Source: Alistipes onderdonkii
GTDB lineage: Bacteria; Bacillota; Clostridia; Oscillospirales; Oscillospiraceae
Length of the DNA stretch: 64,000 nucleotides
Direction of reading: 5' to 3'
NCBI GenBank assembly: GCA_963612845.1
Contig: CAVDWO010000002.1
Span: 15,335 to 79,334 of the forward strand
The first letter of the stretch is position 1. Each line of letters starts with the position of its first letter. The notes beneath the pieces are model-generated. The model saw only the letters and a program-made list of their open reading frames with translations, was not told the origin of the DNA and did no database searches. Both the position numbers and the translations under genes were made by a program. Positions 9,774 through 20,021 of the stretch are shown piece by piece.

Positions 9774-10610
9774 TCACTCCTTTCCCTGCGAGGCGACCTG
9801 CACGTCCGCCTTGCGCGTGAGCCACATCGAGAGCATGATGATGACCGCCATGATCAGCGAGATGGCGCTGCCGAAGTTCCAGTCGCCGGTGGTGAGGAAC
9901 TGCGACTCGATGATGTTGCCGACGAGGACGTACTGCCCGCCGCCGAGGAGCTTGGGGATAAAGAAGCTCGACACCGCCGGCAGGAACACGAGCGTGATGC
10001 CGGAGATGACACCGGGCAGGCTCAGCGGCAGCGTGACGCGCAGGAACGCCTGCGCGGGCGTCGCGCCGAGGTCGTTCGCCGCTTCGAGCAGGCTGCGGTC
10101 CATCTTGTCGAGCGAGGTGTGGATCTGCAGGATCATAAAGGGAATGAAGTTGTAGACCATGCCGAGGATCACGGCGAAGCTCGTGTGGATCATCGTCACG
10201 GGACCGATGCCGAACCAAGAGAGGACGGTATTGAGCACGCCCTCGTCCTGCAAAATGCCCATCCAAGCATAGGTGCGCACCAGCATATTGACCCATGTGG
10301 GCATGGTGATGAGCAGGATCAGAATGGTGCTGCTGCGGCTGCTGCGCCGGGCGATGACATACGCCACGGGGTAGCCGAGCAGCACGCAGATCAGCGTGGT
10401 GATGAGCGCGATATAGAGCGAGCGCAGCAGCACGTTCATGAACACCTTGTCCGTGACGAAGCGGGCAAAATTGTCGAAGGTGAACTGGAACGTGAGCACC
10501 TCGTTGCCGGAGATGGTGAAGGCGTAGAGCACGATCAGCAGCATCGGCAGGACGATGATGGCGCAGATCCACGCGATGTAGGGATACGTCATGGAACGAA
10601 AGTGCTTCAC
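9774..10610 (-). CDS. potB: Spermidine/putrescine ABC permease PotB
   Basis: [24 protein letters not shown] start overlaps potA stop (GTGA). Confidence 0.9.
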   Translation of the reverse strand: MKHFRSMTYPYIAWICAIIVLPMLLIVLYAFTISGNEVLTFQFTFDNFARFVTDKVFMNVLLRSLYIALITTLICVLLGYPVAYVIARRSSRSSTILILLITMPTWVNMLVRTYAWMGILQDEGVLNTVLSWFGIGPVTMIHTSFAVILGMVYNFIPFMILQIHTSLDKMDRSLLEAANDLGATPAQAFLRVTLPLSLPGVISGITLVFLPAVSSFFIPKLLGGGQYVLVGNIIESQFLTTGDWNFGSAISLIMAVIIMLSMWLTRKADVQVASQGKE

Positions 10611-12196
10611 CAGCGACCCTCCTTTTTCATCACATGAATGTCCTCCGGACGGAAGACAAGACCGACCTGTTCGCCCTCCTCGAAGGCGTGGGTAGTGGAG
10701 ACGCGGTACTCGTAGCCCTCGGTGGAGAAGGTCACGTCGTACACGCCCGGGGTGATGGTCTCGGGGTCGAAATCGTACTTGACGTCCGTGATCTCGACCT
10801 GCTCGCCGTCCTCGAGCGACCACGCCGACGCGCTCGCCCAGGTCTCAAGGTCGGTGTCGAGCGCGATGCTCTCCTGGATATCCTCGACCTTTTTGAAGAA
10901 GTTCATCGCGTAGATCTCCTCCTGATAGACCTTGCTCTCGACGCGGTTCTGCGCCACGACGAGCGCCCGGACCGTGATAGCGGTGCCGTTCGCGGTGGAG
11001 AAGGTGACGGTATAGTTGCCGGTCTCGGGCTTGATGTCGTACTCCACGCTCTTGATGGAGATGGGCTCCTCGGTCTCGGCGTCCCACGCCTCGGCGGAGG
11101 CGAGGGCGACGACCTTGACGTCGTCAAGCTCCTCCACGTCCTCCACGTCGAGCAGAAAGGCGTTGGCGCTGATCTTCTCGCCCTTTTCCTCGTTATAGAC
11201 GGGGCGGTCCTGCGAGACCTGCATCTTCACGGTGATGGACGTGCCGACGCGCGTTTCGACCACGGTCTCGTAGTGCATTCCCTTGAAGAGCTGGGACTTC
11301 ACCGTGCCCTTGAGCATACCCTCGGCGCGGGGGACGAGGTCGAGATGCTCCGGGCGGATCACGACGTCAACCTTTTCGTTCCTGCTGAAGCCGCGCGCGC
11401 GGCAGGCGAACTTCTTATCCTCGAACATCACGAGATCGTCGTCGAGCATCACACCGTCGATGATGTTCGTCTCGCCGATGAACTTGGCGACGAATTCGTT
11501 GACGGGGCTGCGGTAGATGTCCGTCGGCGTGCCGATCTGCTGGATCTCGCCCGCGTTCATCACGACGATCTTGTCCGACATCGTCAGCGCTTCCTCCTGG
11601 TCGTGCGTGACAAAGACGAAGGTGATGCCGACCTCCTGCTGAATGTACTTGAGCTCCTGCTGCATCTCCTTGCGGAGCTTTAAGTCGAGCGCGCCGAGCG
11701 GCTCGTCGAGCAGCAGGACGCTCGGCTCGTTGACGAGCGCGCGGGCGATGGCGATACGCTGCTGCTGACCGCCGGAAAGCTCGGTGACGTTGCGGTGAGC
11801 GTAGTCCTCAAGGCTCACAAGGCGGAGCATACGCATGACCTTCTGCTCGATAACGTCCTTCGGCTCCTTTTTGAGCGTCAGCCCGAAGGCGATGTTGTCG
11901 TACACGTCCATGTGGGGAAAGAGGGCGTATTTCTGAAAGACGGTGTTGATCTCGCGCCGGTAGGGGGGGACGTTGACGATATCCTCGCCGTCGAAGAGGA
12001 GCTTGCCCTCCGTCGGCTGTAAAAAGCCGCCGAGGATACGCAGCAGCGTCGTCTTGCCGCAGCCCGAGGGTCCGAGCAGCGTGACGAACTCGTTTTCATA
12101 GATATCGAGGGAGACGCCCTTGAGGACGACCTGCCCGTCCTCAAAGCTCTTGACGATGTTTTTGAACTGGATCAGCTTTTTCTTTTCCTCAGCCAT
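10607..12196 (-). CDS. potA: Spermidine/putrescine ABC ATPase PotA (529 aa, with insertion in TOBE region)
   Basis: [23 protein letters not shown]; start MAEEKKK after AAAGGAG. Confidence 0.92.
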   Translation of the reverse strand: MAEEKKKLIQFKNIVKSFEDGQVVLKGVSLDIYENEFVTLLGPSGCGKTTLLRILGGFLQPTEGKLLFDGEDIVNVPPYRREINTVFQKYALFPHMDVYDNIAFGLTLKKEPKDVIEQKVMRMLRLVSLEDYAHRNVTELSGGQQQRIAIARALVNEPSVLLLDEPLGALDLKLRKEMQQELKYIQQEVGITFVFVTHDQEEALTMSDKIVVMNAGEIQQIGTPTDIYRSPVNEFVAKFIGETNIIDGVMLDDDLVMFEDKKFACRARGFSRNEKVDVVIRPEHLDLVPRAEGMLKGTVKSQLFKGMHYETVVETRVGTSITVKMQVSQDRPVYNEEKGEKISANAFLLDVEDVEELDDVKVVALASAEAWDAETEEPISIKSVEYDIKPETGNYTVTFSTANGTAITVRALVVAQNRVESKVYQEEIYAMNFFKKVEDIQESIALDTDLETWASASAWSLEDGEQVEITDVKYDFDPETITPGVYDVTFSTEGYEYRVSTTHAFEEGEQVGLVFRPEDIHVMKKEGRW

Positions 12197-12227
12197 TTCC
12201 GTTTCTCCTTTTGTATTCTGCCGCCGG

Positions 12228-12761
12228 TCAGAACAGCGGCGGGGTGGATACCCAGAGGATGCGCGCGGTGGTCGTGCGCTCGTTTTTGAGGCGGTGGAAC
12301 GTCCTGCCGTGGAGGTAGAACGTCTCGCCGCGGCGCACGACGCTGCGCGCGCCGTCGCACTCGAGCACGACGCTGCCGCTGAGCACGTAGCCGAACTCCT
12401 CGCCGCTGTGCGGCTCGACCTCGAACGACTCGCCGCCGGCGGGAAGCTCCAAGAGGATCGGCTCCATCTGGTTTTTCTGCGTGTTGGGAACGATCCAATG
12501 AACGGTACACTGCCCGCGCTCATCGACGAAGAAATCGTCCGCGCGGAAAACGAACTGATCGTTCCGGTCCTCCTGGAAAAACTCCGAGAGGTTGGTGCCG
12601 AGCGCCTCCAGAATGTCGCTGAGCGAGTCAATGGAGGGGGAGGTGAGGTCGCGCTCCAGCTGGGACAAAAACCCCTTCGTAAGCTCGCTTCGGCTGGCAA
12701 GCTCCTCCAGAGTCAGTCCCTTTCGCGTTCGCAGCTGCTTGATTTTGTTGCCGATGTCCAT
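12228..12761 (-). CDS. XRE-family HTH plus cupin transcriptional regulator (PuuR-like)
   Basis: [34 protein letters not shown] cupin; first gene of pot operon. Confidence 0.9.
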   Translation of the reverse strand: MDIGNKIKQLRTRKGLTLEELASRSELTKGFLSQLERDLTSPSIDSLSDILEALGTNLSEFFQEDRNDQFVFRADDFFVDERGQCTVHWIVPNTQKNQMEPILLELPAGGESFEVEPHSGEEFGYVLSGSVVLECDGARSVVRRGETFYLHGRTFHRLKNERTTTARILWVSTPPLF

Positions 12762-12818
12762 ACGGGCACCTCCGTTTTATATACTAAACTTTTGGTGAAT
12801 GTTTGCTAAACCGAGACC

Positions 12819-12846
12819 ATTATACACGTCGTGCGCAGAAATGCAA
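12819..12846 (-). promoter_or_regulatory. SigA promoter of pot operon
   Basis: TTGCAT-16-TATAAT on minus strand. Confidence 0.7.
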
Positions 12847-12885
12847 CAGTTTTATAAACAAAAAGTTTTATATTTTGAACTTTTC

Positions 12886-12923
12886 AAAAATAAAGCAGCG
12901 GAGAGCTGTTTTCGGCTCTCCGC
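12886..12923 (-). terminator. Terminator after rluA-family gene
   Basis: GCGGAGAGC/GCTCTCCGC stem followed by T-rich tract on minus strand. Confidence 0.7.
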
Positions 12924-12932
12924 TTGTTGCAG

Positions 12933-13889
12933 TTATCCAAAATATTTCGTCCGGAACGGCACCTCGTCCAGCCGGAACTCGCGCCCGCGCAGATAGCTGA
13001 GGATGCCCGCGTCGGTCGGGAAGTCGAAGCGCAGGCGGTAGGAGCAGAGCGCCTGCCGCGTCTCGCCGTACCTGCGGTTGACCGCGCCGGCGCCGTACTT
13101 CCCGTCGCCGAGCAGGGGGTGGCCGAGGTCGGCGAAGCTCGCGCGGATCTGGTGCGTGCGGCCGGTGAGCAGCTCGACCTCCAGAAGCGACAGCCCGCCG
13201 CGCGTCTGAAGCGTTTGATATAAGGTGACGGCGCTGCGCCCGTCCGGCACGGGGCGGTGGTAGACGCGCACGGTGTTGCTTTTCTCGTCCTTGCGCAGGA
13301 AACACTCGATCCTGCCCGCGGGCGGCTCGACGCTGCCGAGGACGATGCATAAATAGTACTTGGCGATCTCGCGGTCGCGGATCTTGTCGTTGAGGATACG
13401 CAGCGCCTCGGCGTTCTTCGCGGCGATGACGATGCCGCAGGTGTTGCGGTCGATGCGGTTGCAGAGGGCGGGGGTGAAGGCGTTCTCCTCGCGCGGGCGC
13501 CACTCGCGCTTCTGATAGAGGTAGGCGAGCAGGTGGTTGACGAGGGTGTTGACCTTTTCATGCTCGTCGGCGTGGACAAGCATACCCGCGGGCTTGTCGA
13601 GCAGGAGGATATTCTCGTCCTCGTAGACGACGTTCAGCCGCGGCGAGGCGATCGTGAGGTAGGCGTTCTCCTCGCCCGGCGGGGCGAAGAACTCGTCGTT
13701 GATGTAGCATTGCAGCACGTCGCCGGCGAGCAGCTTCTGCTCGCGCTGGGCGCGCGCGCCGTTGACCTTGATGCGCTTCAAGCGGATATATTTCTGCGCG
13801 AGCGACGCGGGCAGCAGCGGGACCGCCTTGCCGAGGAAACGGTCGAGCCGCTGACCGGCGTCGTTCGGTCCGATGTGAAATTCGCGCAT
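12933..13889 (-). CDS. RluA-family pseudouridine synthase with S4 domain
   Basis: RLDRFL S4 start, KPAG, NRIDRNTCG catalytic Asp, TGRTHQIR. Confidence 0.93.
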   Translation of the reverse strand: MREFHIGPNDAGQRLDRFLGKAVPLLPASLAQKYIRLKRIKVNGARAQREQKLLAGDVLQCYINDEFFAPPGEENAYLTIASPRLNVVYEDENILLLDKPAGMLVHADEHEKVNTLVNHLLAYLYQKREWRPREENAFTPALCNRIDRNTCGIVIAAKNAEALRILNDKIRDREIAKYYLCIVLGSVEPPAGRIECFLRKDEKSNTVRVYHRPVPDGRSAVTLYQTLQTRGGLSLLEVELLTGRTHQIRASFADLGHPLLGDGKYGAGAVNRRYGETRQALCSYRLRFDFPTDAGILSYLRGREFRLDEVPFRTKYFG

Positions 13890-13999
13890 CTCATTCCGCC
13901 TCCCCTGCGCCCGCGCGCGGTTTTATGCCATTGTACGACAGCGGCGGGAAAAAGTAAAGGACGCCCGCCGAAAATTTTGCCGAAACGGTGAAAAAGTGT

Positions 14000-14028
14000 T
14001 TGACAATCGGGGGCGCGTCCTCTATAAT
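14000..14028 (+). promoter_or_regulatory. Consensus SigA promoter of yceD-rpmF
   Basis: TTGACA-17-TATAAT, perfect consensus. Confidence 0.9.
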
Positions 14029-14055
14029 ATCACTCGTGTCATTGCGAGGTGCAGC

Positions 14056-14550
14056 ATGGTTTTAGATGTAAAGCGTATCGTCAACACCCCCGGAGGCAGG
14101 ATACCTTTCGAGTTTTCGGAAGATCTTTCTGATGTGGACTTCGGCGGCGTGTGTCCCGCGGTTCAGCCGGTCTCAGTGGTAGGGCAGGTGCAGAACATTG
14201 CGGGGATGCTTCGCTTGCAGATGGATCTTGCGGCAGAGCTTTCCGCCGTGTGCGACCGCTGCGGCGCGCCGTTCGCGCTGCCTTTCCGGCACCGCTTCGA
14301 GTGTATGCTCGCGGAGTCGCTGGAGGAGGACGAGAACGACGAGATCCGCCTGCTCGATCACGACAGGCTCGATCTCAGCGAGCTTGCGCGGGAGACTTTT
14401 ATCCTCAATATGCCGAGCAAGACCCTTTGCCGCGAGGATTGCAGGGGACTGTGTTCCGGCTGCGGCGCCAATCTCAACCATGAGAAGTGCCGCTGCAAAA
14501 AGGAAGTCGACCCCAGGCTGGCAGCCCTTGCAAAGCTACTGGAACAATAA
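14056..14550 (+). CDS. yceD: DUF177/YceD family protein
   Basis: CDRC and LCREDCRGLCSGCG..DPRLAAL; upstream of rpmF. Confidence 0.9.
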   Translation: MVLDVKRIVNTPGGRIPFEFSEDLSDVDFGGVCPAVQPVSVVGQVQNIAGMLRLQMDLAAELSAVCDRCGAPFALPFRHRFECMLAESLEEDENDEIRLLDHDRLDLSELARETFILNMPSKTLCREDCRGLCSGCGANLNHEKCRCKKEVDPRLAALAKLLEQ

Positions 14551-14590
14551 ATACGCTGCTCGTTCAGCTTAACTTTAAGGAGGTGTCAAC

Positions 14591-14788
14591 ATGGCAGTCC
14601 CCAAGGGGAAAGTATCCCGTCAGAGACGTGATAAGAGGCGTTCTTCTCACTGGAAGCTCACCGCTCCCGCGCTCGTCGCGTGCCCGAAGTGCGGCGCTCT
14701 GCACCAGCCTCACAGAATGTGCCCGGAATGCGGTACCTATAACGGCCGTCAGGTCAAGGTCATCGAGTCCAAGGTCGCAGCCGAGTGA
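14591..14788 (+). CDS. rpmF: 50S ribosomal protein L32
   Basis: MAVPKGKVSRQRRDKRR, CPKCG..PHRMCPECG. Confidence 0.98.
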   Translation: MAVPKGKVSRQRRDKRRSSHWKLTAPALVACPKCGALHQPHRMCPECGTYNGRQVKVIESKVAAE

Positions 14789-14808
14789 CCCGAGCGAAAC
14801 CGGATCAG

Positions 14809-14842
14809 AAAAAGAAGAGCGGAGTTCCGCCCTTCTTTTTTT
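14809..14842 (+). terminator. Terminator after rpmF
   Basis: AAGAAGAGCGGA/TCCGCCCTTCTT plus T run. Confidence 0.8.
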
Positions 14843-14887
14843 GTGCATTTGCGCGGAAAAGAAAGGCACCGCGGGCGCGGTTTGCGC

Positions 14888-14916
14888 TTGCGCAGCGGGA
14901 AAGAATCGGCTATACT
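14888..14916 (+). promoter_or_regulatory. Putative SigA promoter of der operon
   Basis: TTGCGC-17-TATACT. Confidence 0.55.
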
Positions 14917-14968
14917 GTAAACGGCGCGGCGCGTCCCTGCGCCGCTTTGGGATAAAGGAGGCAGAGAG

Positions 14969-16294
14969 ATGAAACCTTTGGTCGCTATCGTTGGACGGCC
15001 CAACGTGGGCAAGTCCATGCTTTTCAATAAACTCATCGGTCAGCGGCTGTCCATCGTGGAGGACACGCCGGGCGTCACGCGCGACCGCATCTACGGCGAG
15101 AGCGAGTGGTGCGGCCGCAAGTTCACGCTGGTCGACACCGGCGGCATCGAGCCGCGCACGGACGACCAGATCCTGACCTTTATGCGCGAGCAGGCGGAGA
15201 TCGCCATCAGCCACGCCGACGTCATCATCTTCCTGACCGATGTGAAGACGGGGCTGACGGCTTCCGATCAGGAGGTCGCCAATATGCTGCTGCGCAGCCG
15301 CAAGCCCATCGTGCTGGCGGTGAACAAGATGGACTCGACCGGACGGGTCGACCCGGACTTCTACGAGTTCTACAATTTGGGATTGGGCGATCCGATCGCC
15401 GTCTCCGCCGTCCACGGGCACGGCACCGGCGACCTGCTCGACGCGTGCCTGCAATACTTCCCGCCGGAGGGGGACGAGGACGAGGAGAGCGACGTCATCA
15501 AGGTCGCTATCATCGGCAAGCCGAACGTCGGCAAGTCCTCGCTGACGAACCGTATCCTCGGCGCCGAGCGCATGATCGTCAGCGACGTTGCGGGCACGAC
15601 GCGCGACGCCATCGACTCGTACTTTGAAAACGAGCAGGGAAAATACGTCTTTATCGACACCGCGGGTATGCGGAAGAAGTCGAAGGTGGACGACGCGATC
15701 GAGCGCTACAGCGTGCTGCGCGCGACGATGGCGATCGACCGCGCGGACGTGTGCCTTATCATGATCGACGCGCAGGAGGGCGTGACCGAGCAGGATACGA
15801 AGGTCGCGGGGCTCGCGCACGAGGCGGGCAAGGCGTGTATCATCGTGGTGAACAAGTGGGACCTTGTCGAAAAGGACGGCAAGACTATGGACAGGCTGCG
15901 CGAGGACGTGCGCCGCGACCTGAGCTATATGACCTACGCGCCGGTCCTTTTTATCTCGGCGGCGACGGGGCAGCGCGTGCCGCGCCTGTTCGAGATGATC
16001 AACTACGTCCACAACCAGTCCTGTATGCGCATCAGCACGGGTATGCTCAACAACGTGCTTGAGGACGCGCAGACGCGCGTCCAGCCGCCGACGGACAAGG
16101 GCAAGCGGCTGAAGATCTACTACATGACGCAGGTGGGCGTCTGCCCGCCGCACTTCGTCGTTTTCTGCAACGAGCGCAAGCTCTTCCACTTCTCCTACCA
16201 GCGGTATCTTGAGAACTGTATCCGAAACGTATTCGGTCTCGAGGGTACGCCGGTGATCCTCTCGATCCGCGAGAAGGGGGAAAAGGAGGAGTAA
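14969..16294 (+). CDS. der: Ribosome biogenesis GTPase Der/EngA
   Basis: Two GTPase domains, GRPNVGKS and GKPNVGKS. Confidence 0.98.
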   Translation: MKPLVAIVGRPNVGKSMLFNKLIGQRLSIVEDTPGVTRDRIYGESEWCGRKFTLVDTGGIEPRTDDQILTFMREQAEIAISHADVIIFLTDVKTGLTASDQEVANMLLRSRKPIVLAVNKMDSTGRVDPDFYEFYNLGLGDPIAVSAVHGHGTGDLLDACLQYFPPEGDEDEESDVIKVAIIGKPNVGKSSLTNRILGAERMIVSDVAGTTRDAIDSYFENEQGKYVFIDTAGMRKKSKVDDAIERYSVLRATMAIDRADVCLIMIDAQEGVTEQDTKVAGLAHEAGKACIIVVNKWDLVEKDGKTMDRLREDVRRDLSYMTYAPVLFISAATGQRVPRLFEMINYVHNQSCMRISTGMLNNVLEDAQTRVQPPTDKGKRLKIYYMTQVGVCPPHFVVFCNERKLFHFSYQRYLENCIRNVFGLEGTPVILSIREKGEKEE

Positions 16295-16299
16295 AGGGA

Positions 16300-16989
16300 A
16301 TGTACTTGCTTACCCATCTGGATTATCTCTATGCGGCGGTTGCCGCCTATTTCTGCGGCTGCTTCAACGGGGCGATCTTCACCTCGCGGGTATTCTTTCA
16401 CGACGATGTGCGCACCCACGGCAGCGGCAACGCGGGGCTGACGAATTTCTACCGCACCTACGGCGCGAAGTACGCGCTGTTCGTCATCGCCTGCGATATG
16501 CTCAAGGCGGTCGCCGCCGTCTCCTTTGCGGCATGGCTGGGCGCGCGCTTCGACCCGCGTATGATGCCAGACGTTCCGCTGACCGCGGCGGAGCAGGCGG
16601 AGTACGTCCTGCACTTCAAATACTGGGCGGGGCTGTTCTGCGTGCTGGGGCATATGTTCCCCTGCACGGCGAAATTCAAGGGCGGCAAGGGCATCCTCTG
16701 CTCGGCAACGCTCACGCTGCTGCTCGACTGGCGCATCGCGCTCGTGTGCTGGGGGGTGTTCGCCGCGCTGTGGCTGACGACGCGCTACGTCTCGCTCGGC
16801 TCGATCGCGGCGGCTGCCGCCTTCCCCGTGATGACGCAGCTCGTGTTCGGCAGCGCCTTTGCGACGGTGATCGCCGGCGCCATCGTAGCGCTCGTGCTTT
16901 GGGCGCACAGGGGGAACATCAAGCGGCTGCTGAACGGCACGGAGAGCAGATTCCGCTTTCACGTGAACGCACCGGAGGAGGAAGCATGA
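16300..16989 (+). CDS. plsY: Glycerol-3-phosphate acyltransferase PlsY
   Basis: GSGNAGLTNFYR, GHMFP..FKGGKG, YVSLGS, HRGNIKRL. Confidence 0.93.
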   Translation: MYLLTHLDYLYAAVAAYFCGCFNGAIFTSRVFFHDDVRTHGSGNAGLTNFYRTYGAKYALFVIACDMLKAVAAVSFAAWLGARFDPRMMPDVPLTAAEQAEYVLHFKYWAGLFCVLGHMFPCTAKFKGGKGILCSATLTLLLDWRIALVCWGVFAALWLTTRYVSLGSIAAAAAFPVMTQLVFGSAFATVIAGAIVALVLWAHRGNIKRLLNGTESRFRFHVNAPEEEA

Positions 16990-17987
16990 ATATCACGGTA
17001 CTTGGCAGCGGGGCGTGGGGCACGGCGGCGGCGATGCTGCTCGCCGACAACGGTCACCGCGTCACGCTCTGGTCTCATGACCCAAAAAAGGCGGAATCGC
17101 TGCGGGAGACAAGGGAAAATACTTTACTCAAGGGCGTCCGCATTTCCGAGCGCATCGCCGTCACGGGCGACCTGACCGCGCTCGAGGACGCGGAGATGGC
17201 GGTGTTCGCTCCGCCGTCGTTCGCGCTGCGCGCGGTTGCGCATGAGGCGGCGGCGCACCTCAGGCGCGGTGCGCTGCTCGTCTCGCTCACCAAGGGCATC
17301 GAACGCGGGACGCACCTGCGCATGAGCGAGCTAATCGCGCAGGAGTGCGGGGAGGGCTTCCCAATCGTCGCGCTCTCCGGCCCGTCGCACGCCGAGGAGG
17401 TCGCGCGCCGGCTGCCGACGGGCTGCGTGGCGGCGTGCGCCGATCCCGCCGCGGCGGAGACGGTGCAGCGCGCGTTCATGAACGAGGTGTTCCGCGTCTA
17501 CACGCACGACGACATCATCGGCGTGGAGCTGGCGGGCGCGCTGAAGAACGTGGCGGCGCTGTGCTGCGGCGTCAGCGACGGCTGCGGCATGGGCGACAAT
17601 ACGCGCGCGCTGCTCATCACGCGCTCGCTGAGCGAGATCTCGCGCCTTGCCGAGCGCATGGGCGGGCGCAAGGAGACGCTCGCGGGACTCGCGGGCATGG
17701 GCGATCTGATCGTCACCTGCACGTCGATGCACTCGCGCAACCACCGCGCGGGGATTCTGATCGGGCAGGGCAGGAGTGCGCGGGAGGCGATGGACGAGGT
17801 CGGCGCGGTGGTCGAGGGCTACTATGCCGCGCGCAGCGCGCACGAGCTCTCGCAGCGCTACGGCGTGGAGATGCCCATTTCCACCGCCGTGTACGAGGTC
17901 CTCTACGAGGGCAAGAGCGCCGCGCCGATGATCGGCGTGCTGATGAGCCGCGCGCCCAAGCGCGAGAGCGACAGCAGCTGGGTATGA
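16986..17987 (+). CDS. gpsA: NAD(P)H-dependent glycerol-3-phosphate dehydrogenase
   Basis: GSGAWG, SGPSHAEEV, GALKN, GMGDLIVTC..SRN. Confidence 0.96.
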   Translation: MNITVLGSGAWGTAAAMLLADNGHRVTLWSHDPKKAESLRETRENTLLKGVRISERIAVTGDLTALEDAEMAVFAPPSFALRAVAHEAAAHLRRGALLVSLTKGIERGTHLRMSELIAQECGEGFPIVALSGPSHAEEVARRLPTGCVAACADPAAAETVQRAFMNEVFRVYTHDDIIGVELAGALKNVAALCCGVSDGCGMGDNTRALLITRSLSEISRLAERMGGRKETLAGLAGMGDLIVTCTSMHSRNHRAGILIGQGRSAREAMDEVGAVVEGYYAARSAHELSQRYGVEMPISTAVYEVLYEGKSAAPMIGVLMSRAPKRESDSSWV

Positions 17988-18005
17988 CGCCCGGGGAGGA
18001 CGAAG

Positions 18006-18584
18006 ATGGACGATATCATTGAACAGATCGAGCGCTACGCACCGTATAATGAGCAGGAGGAGCGGGACCGGGAGCTGATCCTGCGCTGCCTGCGCACGCA
18101 GGAGGATATCTTCACGCGGGACGATCCGCTCGCGCACATGACGGCGTCGGCATGGGTGGTGAACGGGACGTTCGACCGCGTGCTGATGGCGTATCACAAT
18201 CTCTACGATTCGTGGTCGTGGCTCGGCGGACACGCCGACGGGGAGCGCGATCTGCTGTCCGTCGCGCTGCGCGAGGTGCGGGAGGAGAGCGGCGTCGCGC
18301 ATGTGCGCCCCGCGAGCGGGGAGATCTTCTCGCTCGAAGCGCTGACTGTGGACGGGCATATAAAGCGGGGGCAGTATGTGTCCTCGCACCTGCATCTGAA
18401 CGTGACGTATCTGCTCATTGCGGACGATAGGGACGCGCTGCGCGTCAAGCCGGACGAGAACAGCGGCGTGAAGTGGTTCACGCCGGAGGGTGCTGTGGAC
18501 GCCAGCAGCGAGCCATGGTTCCGCGAGCATATCTACCGGAAGCTCAACGAGAAGCTCGCGCGCTGCCGCGCCGGAAAGGAATAG
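18006..18584 (+). CDS. NUDIX hydrolase
   Basis: Nudix box GGHADGERDLLSVALREVREESG. Confidence 0.9.
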   Translation: MDDIIEQIERYAPYNEQEERDRELILRCLRTQEDIFTRDDPLAHMTASAWVVNGTFDRVLMAYHNLYDSWSWLGGHADGERDLLSVALREVREESGVAHVRPASGEIFSLEALTVDGHIKRGQYVSSHLHLNVTYLLIADDRDALRVKPDENSGVKWFTPEGAVDASSEPWFREHIYRKLNEKLARCRAGKE

Positions 18585-18613
18585 AAAAAAAGCGCTGCAA
18601 AAGCAGCGCTTTT
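18585..18613. terminator. Bidirectional terminator
   Basis: A-run AGCGCTGC-AAAA-GCAGCGCT T-run between convergent genes. Confidence 0.85.
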
Positions 18614-18634
18614 CCTTATTCGTCTGTCACACGA

Positions 18635-18823
18635 TCAGACCGCGCGGGTAACCTTACCGGAACGCAGACAGCGGGTACAAACATAGACATGGCGGGGCGT
18701 ACCGTTGACGATAGCCTTCACGCGCTTGACGTTGGGTTTCCAAGGGCGGTTGGAACGACGGTGGGAATGGGAGACCTTGATACCGAACGAGACACCCTTG
18801 TCACAAAACTCGCACTTTGCCAT
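18635..18823 (-). CDS. rpmB: 50S ribosomal protein L28
   Basis: MAKCEFCDKG..VSHSHRRSNRPWKPNV..CTRCLRSGKV; SD AAGGAGGT. Confidence 0.98.
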   Translation of the reverse strand: MAKCEFCDKGVSFGIKVSHSHRRSNRPWKPNVKRVKAIVNGTPRHVYVCTRCLRSGKVTRAV

Positions 18824-18880
18824 CCGTTGCACCTCCTTGCTGTAGTCAGATCAAGACTTGCTCATTCACAAGCATTTGAT

Positions 18881-18909
18881 ACTATAGCAGATGGGAACGC
18901 AAAATGCAA
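18881..18909 (-). promoter_or_regulatory. SigA promoter of rpmB
   Basis: TTGCAT-17-TATAGT with extended TG. Confidence 0.7.
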
Positions 18910-18998
18910 GACTTATTTTCAAAAAAGGGAAATTTTTTGCCGAAAGCGCGCGGCGGGAGCGCCCGCGCAAAAAACCGCGCCGCGTGCGGCGGTTGCGC

Positions 18999-19027
18999 TT
19001 GTAAAAAGACGGGAAAGCGATTATAAT
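18999..19027 (+). promoter_or_regulatory. SigA promoter of hprK operon
   Basis: TTGTAA-17-TATAAT. Confidence 0.75.
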
Positions 19028-19056
19028 GGAACCATATCGGTCATGGGGAGGACGCT

Positions 19057-20010
19057 ATGAATACCAACCGTTTCGTCCGCGTGAAGGACATTGTGGAAAA
19101 ATTCCAGCTTGAGGTCATCTACGCGGGTACAGATTACGAGACAGAGACGCTGACGATCACGGACGTGAACCGTCCGGGCTTGCAGTTTATCGGCTTTTTT
19201 GATTACTTCGACCCCCGCAGGCTCCAGATCATCGGCAAGAGCGAGGTCATGTTCCTGCGCAGCTTTTCCGCGGAGGAGCGGCGCAGGTGCTTCGAGGCGC
19301 TGTTCCGCTACGAGATCCCCGCGCTGGTCGTCTCGCGCAGTCTGGATATCTTCCCCGAGTGTCTGGAGATGGCGGAGAAGTACGGCCGCACGCTGCTGCG
19401 CACGAAGCACACCTCCGTGGAGTTCACCTCCATGACCATCGACTATCTCAACCATGAGCTCGCGCCCGTCATCACGCGCCACGGCGTGCTGATGGACGTA
19501 TACGGCGAGGGCGTGCTGATCTTCGGCGACAGCGGCATCGGCAAGAGCGAGACGGCGATCGAACTCATCAAGCGCGGGCACCGGCTCGTCGCGGACGACG
19601 CGGTGGAGATCAAGCGCATCGGCTCGGTGCTCATGGGCACGGCGCCGGAGCTGATCCGCAACTATCTGGAGGTGCGGGGCGTCGGCGTGATCGACGTGGA
19701 GAAGCTCTTCGGCGTGGGCGCGGTGCAGGATTCCACGCAGATCGACCTTGTGATCCAGTTTGAAAAGTGGACGGACAGCAAGTTTTACGACCGGCTCGGG
19801 CTGGAAGACAGCTACGCCACCATCATGGACGTTCCCGTGCCGCAGGTGACGATCCCCGTCAGCGCGGGGCGCAACCTTGCGGGCATCGTGGAGCTTGCCG
19901 CGATGAACAACCGGCAGAAGAAGCACGGCTACAACTCCGCGCGCGAGTTCGTCGCGCAGATCGACGGGCATATCGACCAGACGGCGCGGGAGCAGAACGA
20001 AGCGCATTGA
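19057..20010 (+). CDS. hprK: HPr kinase/phosphorylase
   Basis: NRPGLQ, HGVL, GDSGIGKSE, LVADD, LEVRGVG. Confidence 0.97.
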   Translation: MNTNRFVRVKDIVEKFQLEVIYAGTDYETETLTITDVNRPGLQFIGFFDYFDPRRLQIIGKSEVMFLRSFSAEERRRCFEALFRYEIPALVVSRSLDIFPECLEMAEKYGRTLLRTKHTSVEFTSMTIDYLNHELAPVITRHGVLMDVYGEGVLIFGDSGIGKSETAIELIKRGHRLVADDAVEIKRIGSVLMGTAPELIRNYLEVRGVGVIDVEKLFGVGAVQDSTQIDLVIQFEKWTDSKFYDRLGLEDSYATIMDVPVPQVTIPVSAGRNLAGIVELAAMNNRQKKHGYNSAREFVAQIDGHIDQTAREQNEAH

Positions 20011-20021
20011 GCGGAGGGGGC

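Noticed and set aside
12197..12700. N-terminal extension of potA in the ORF track (697 aa) suggesting a regulator-ATPase fusion or frameshift
   Set aside because: It is an alternative frame of the regulator gene; potA has its own SD and ATG at 12196.
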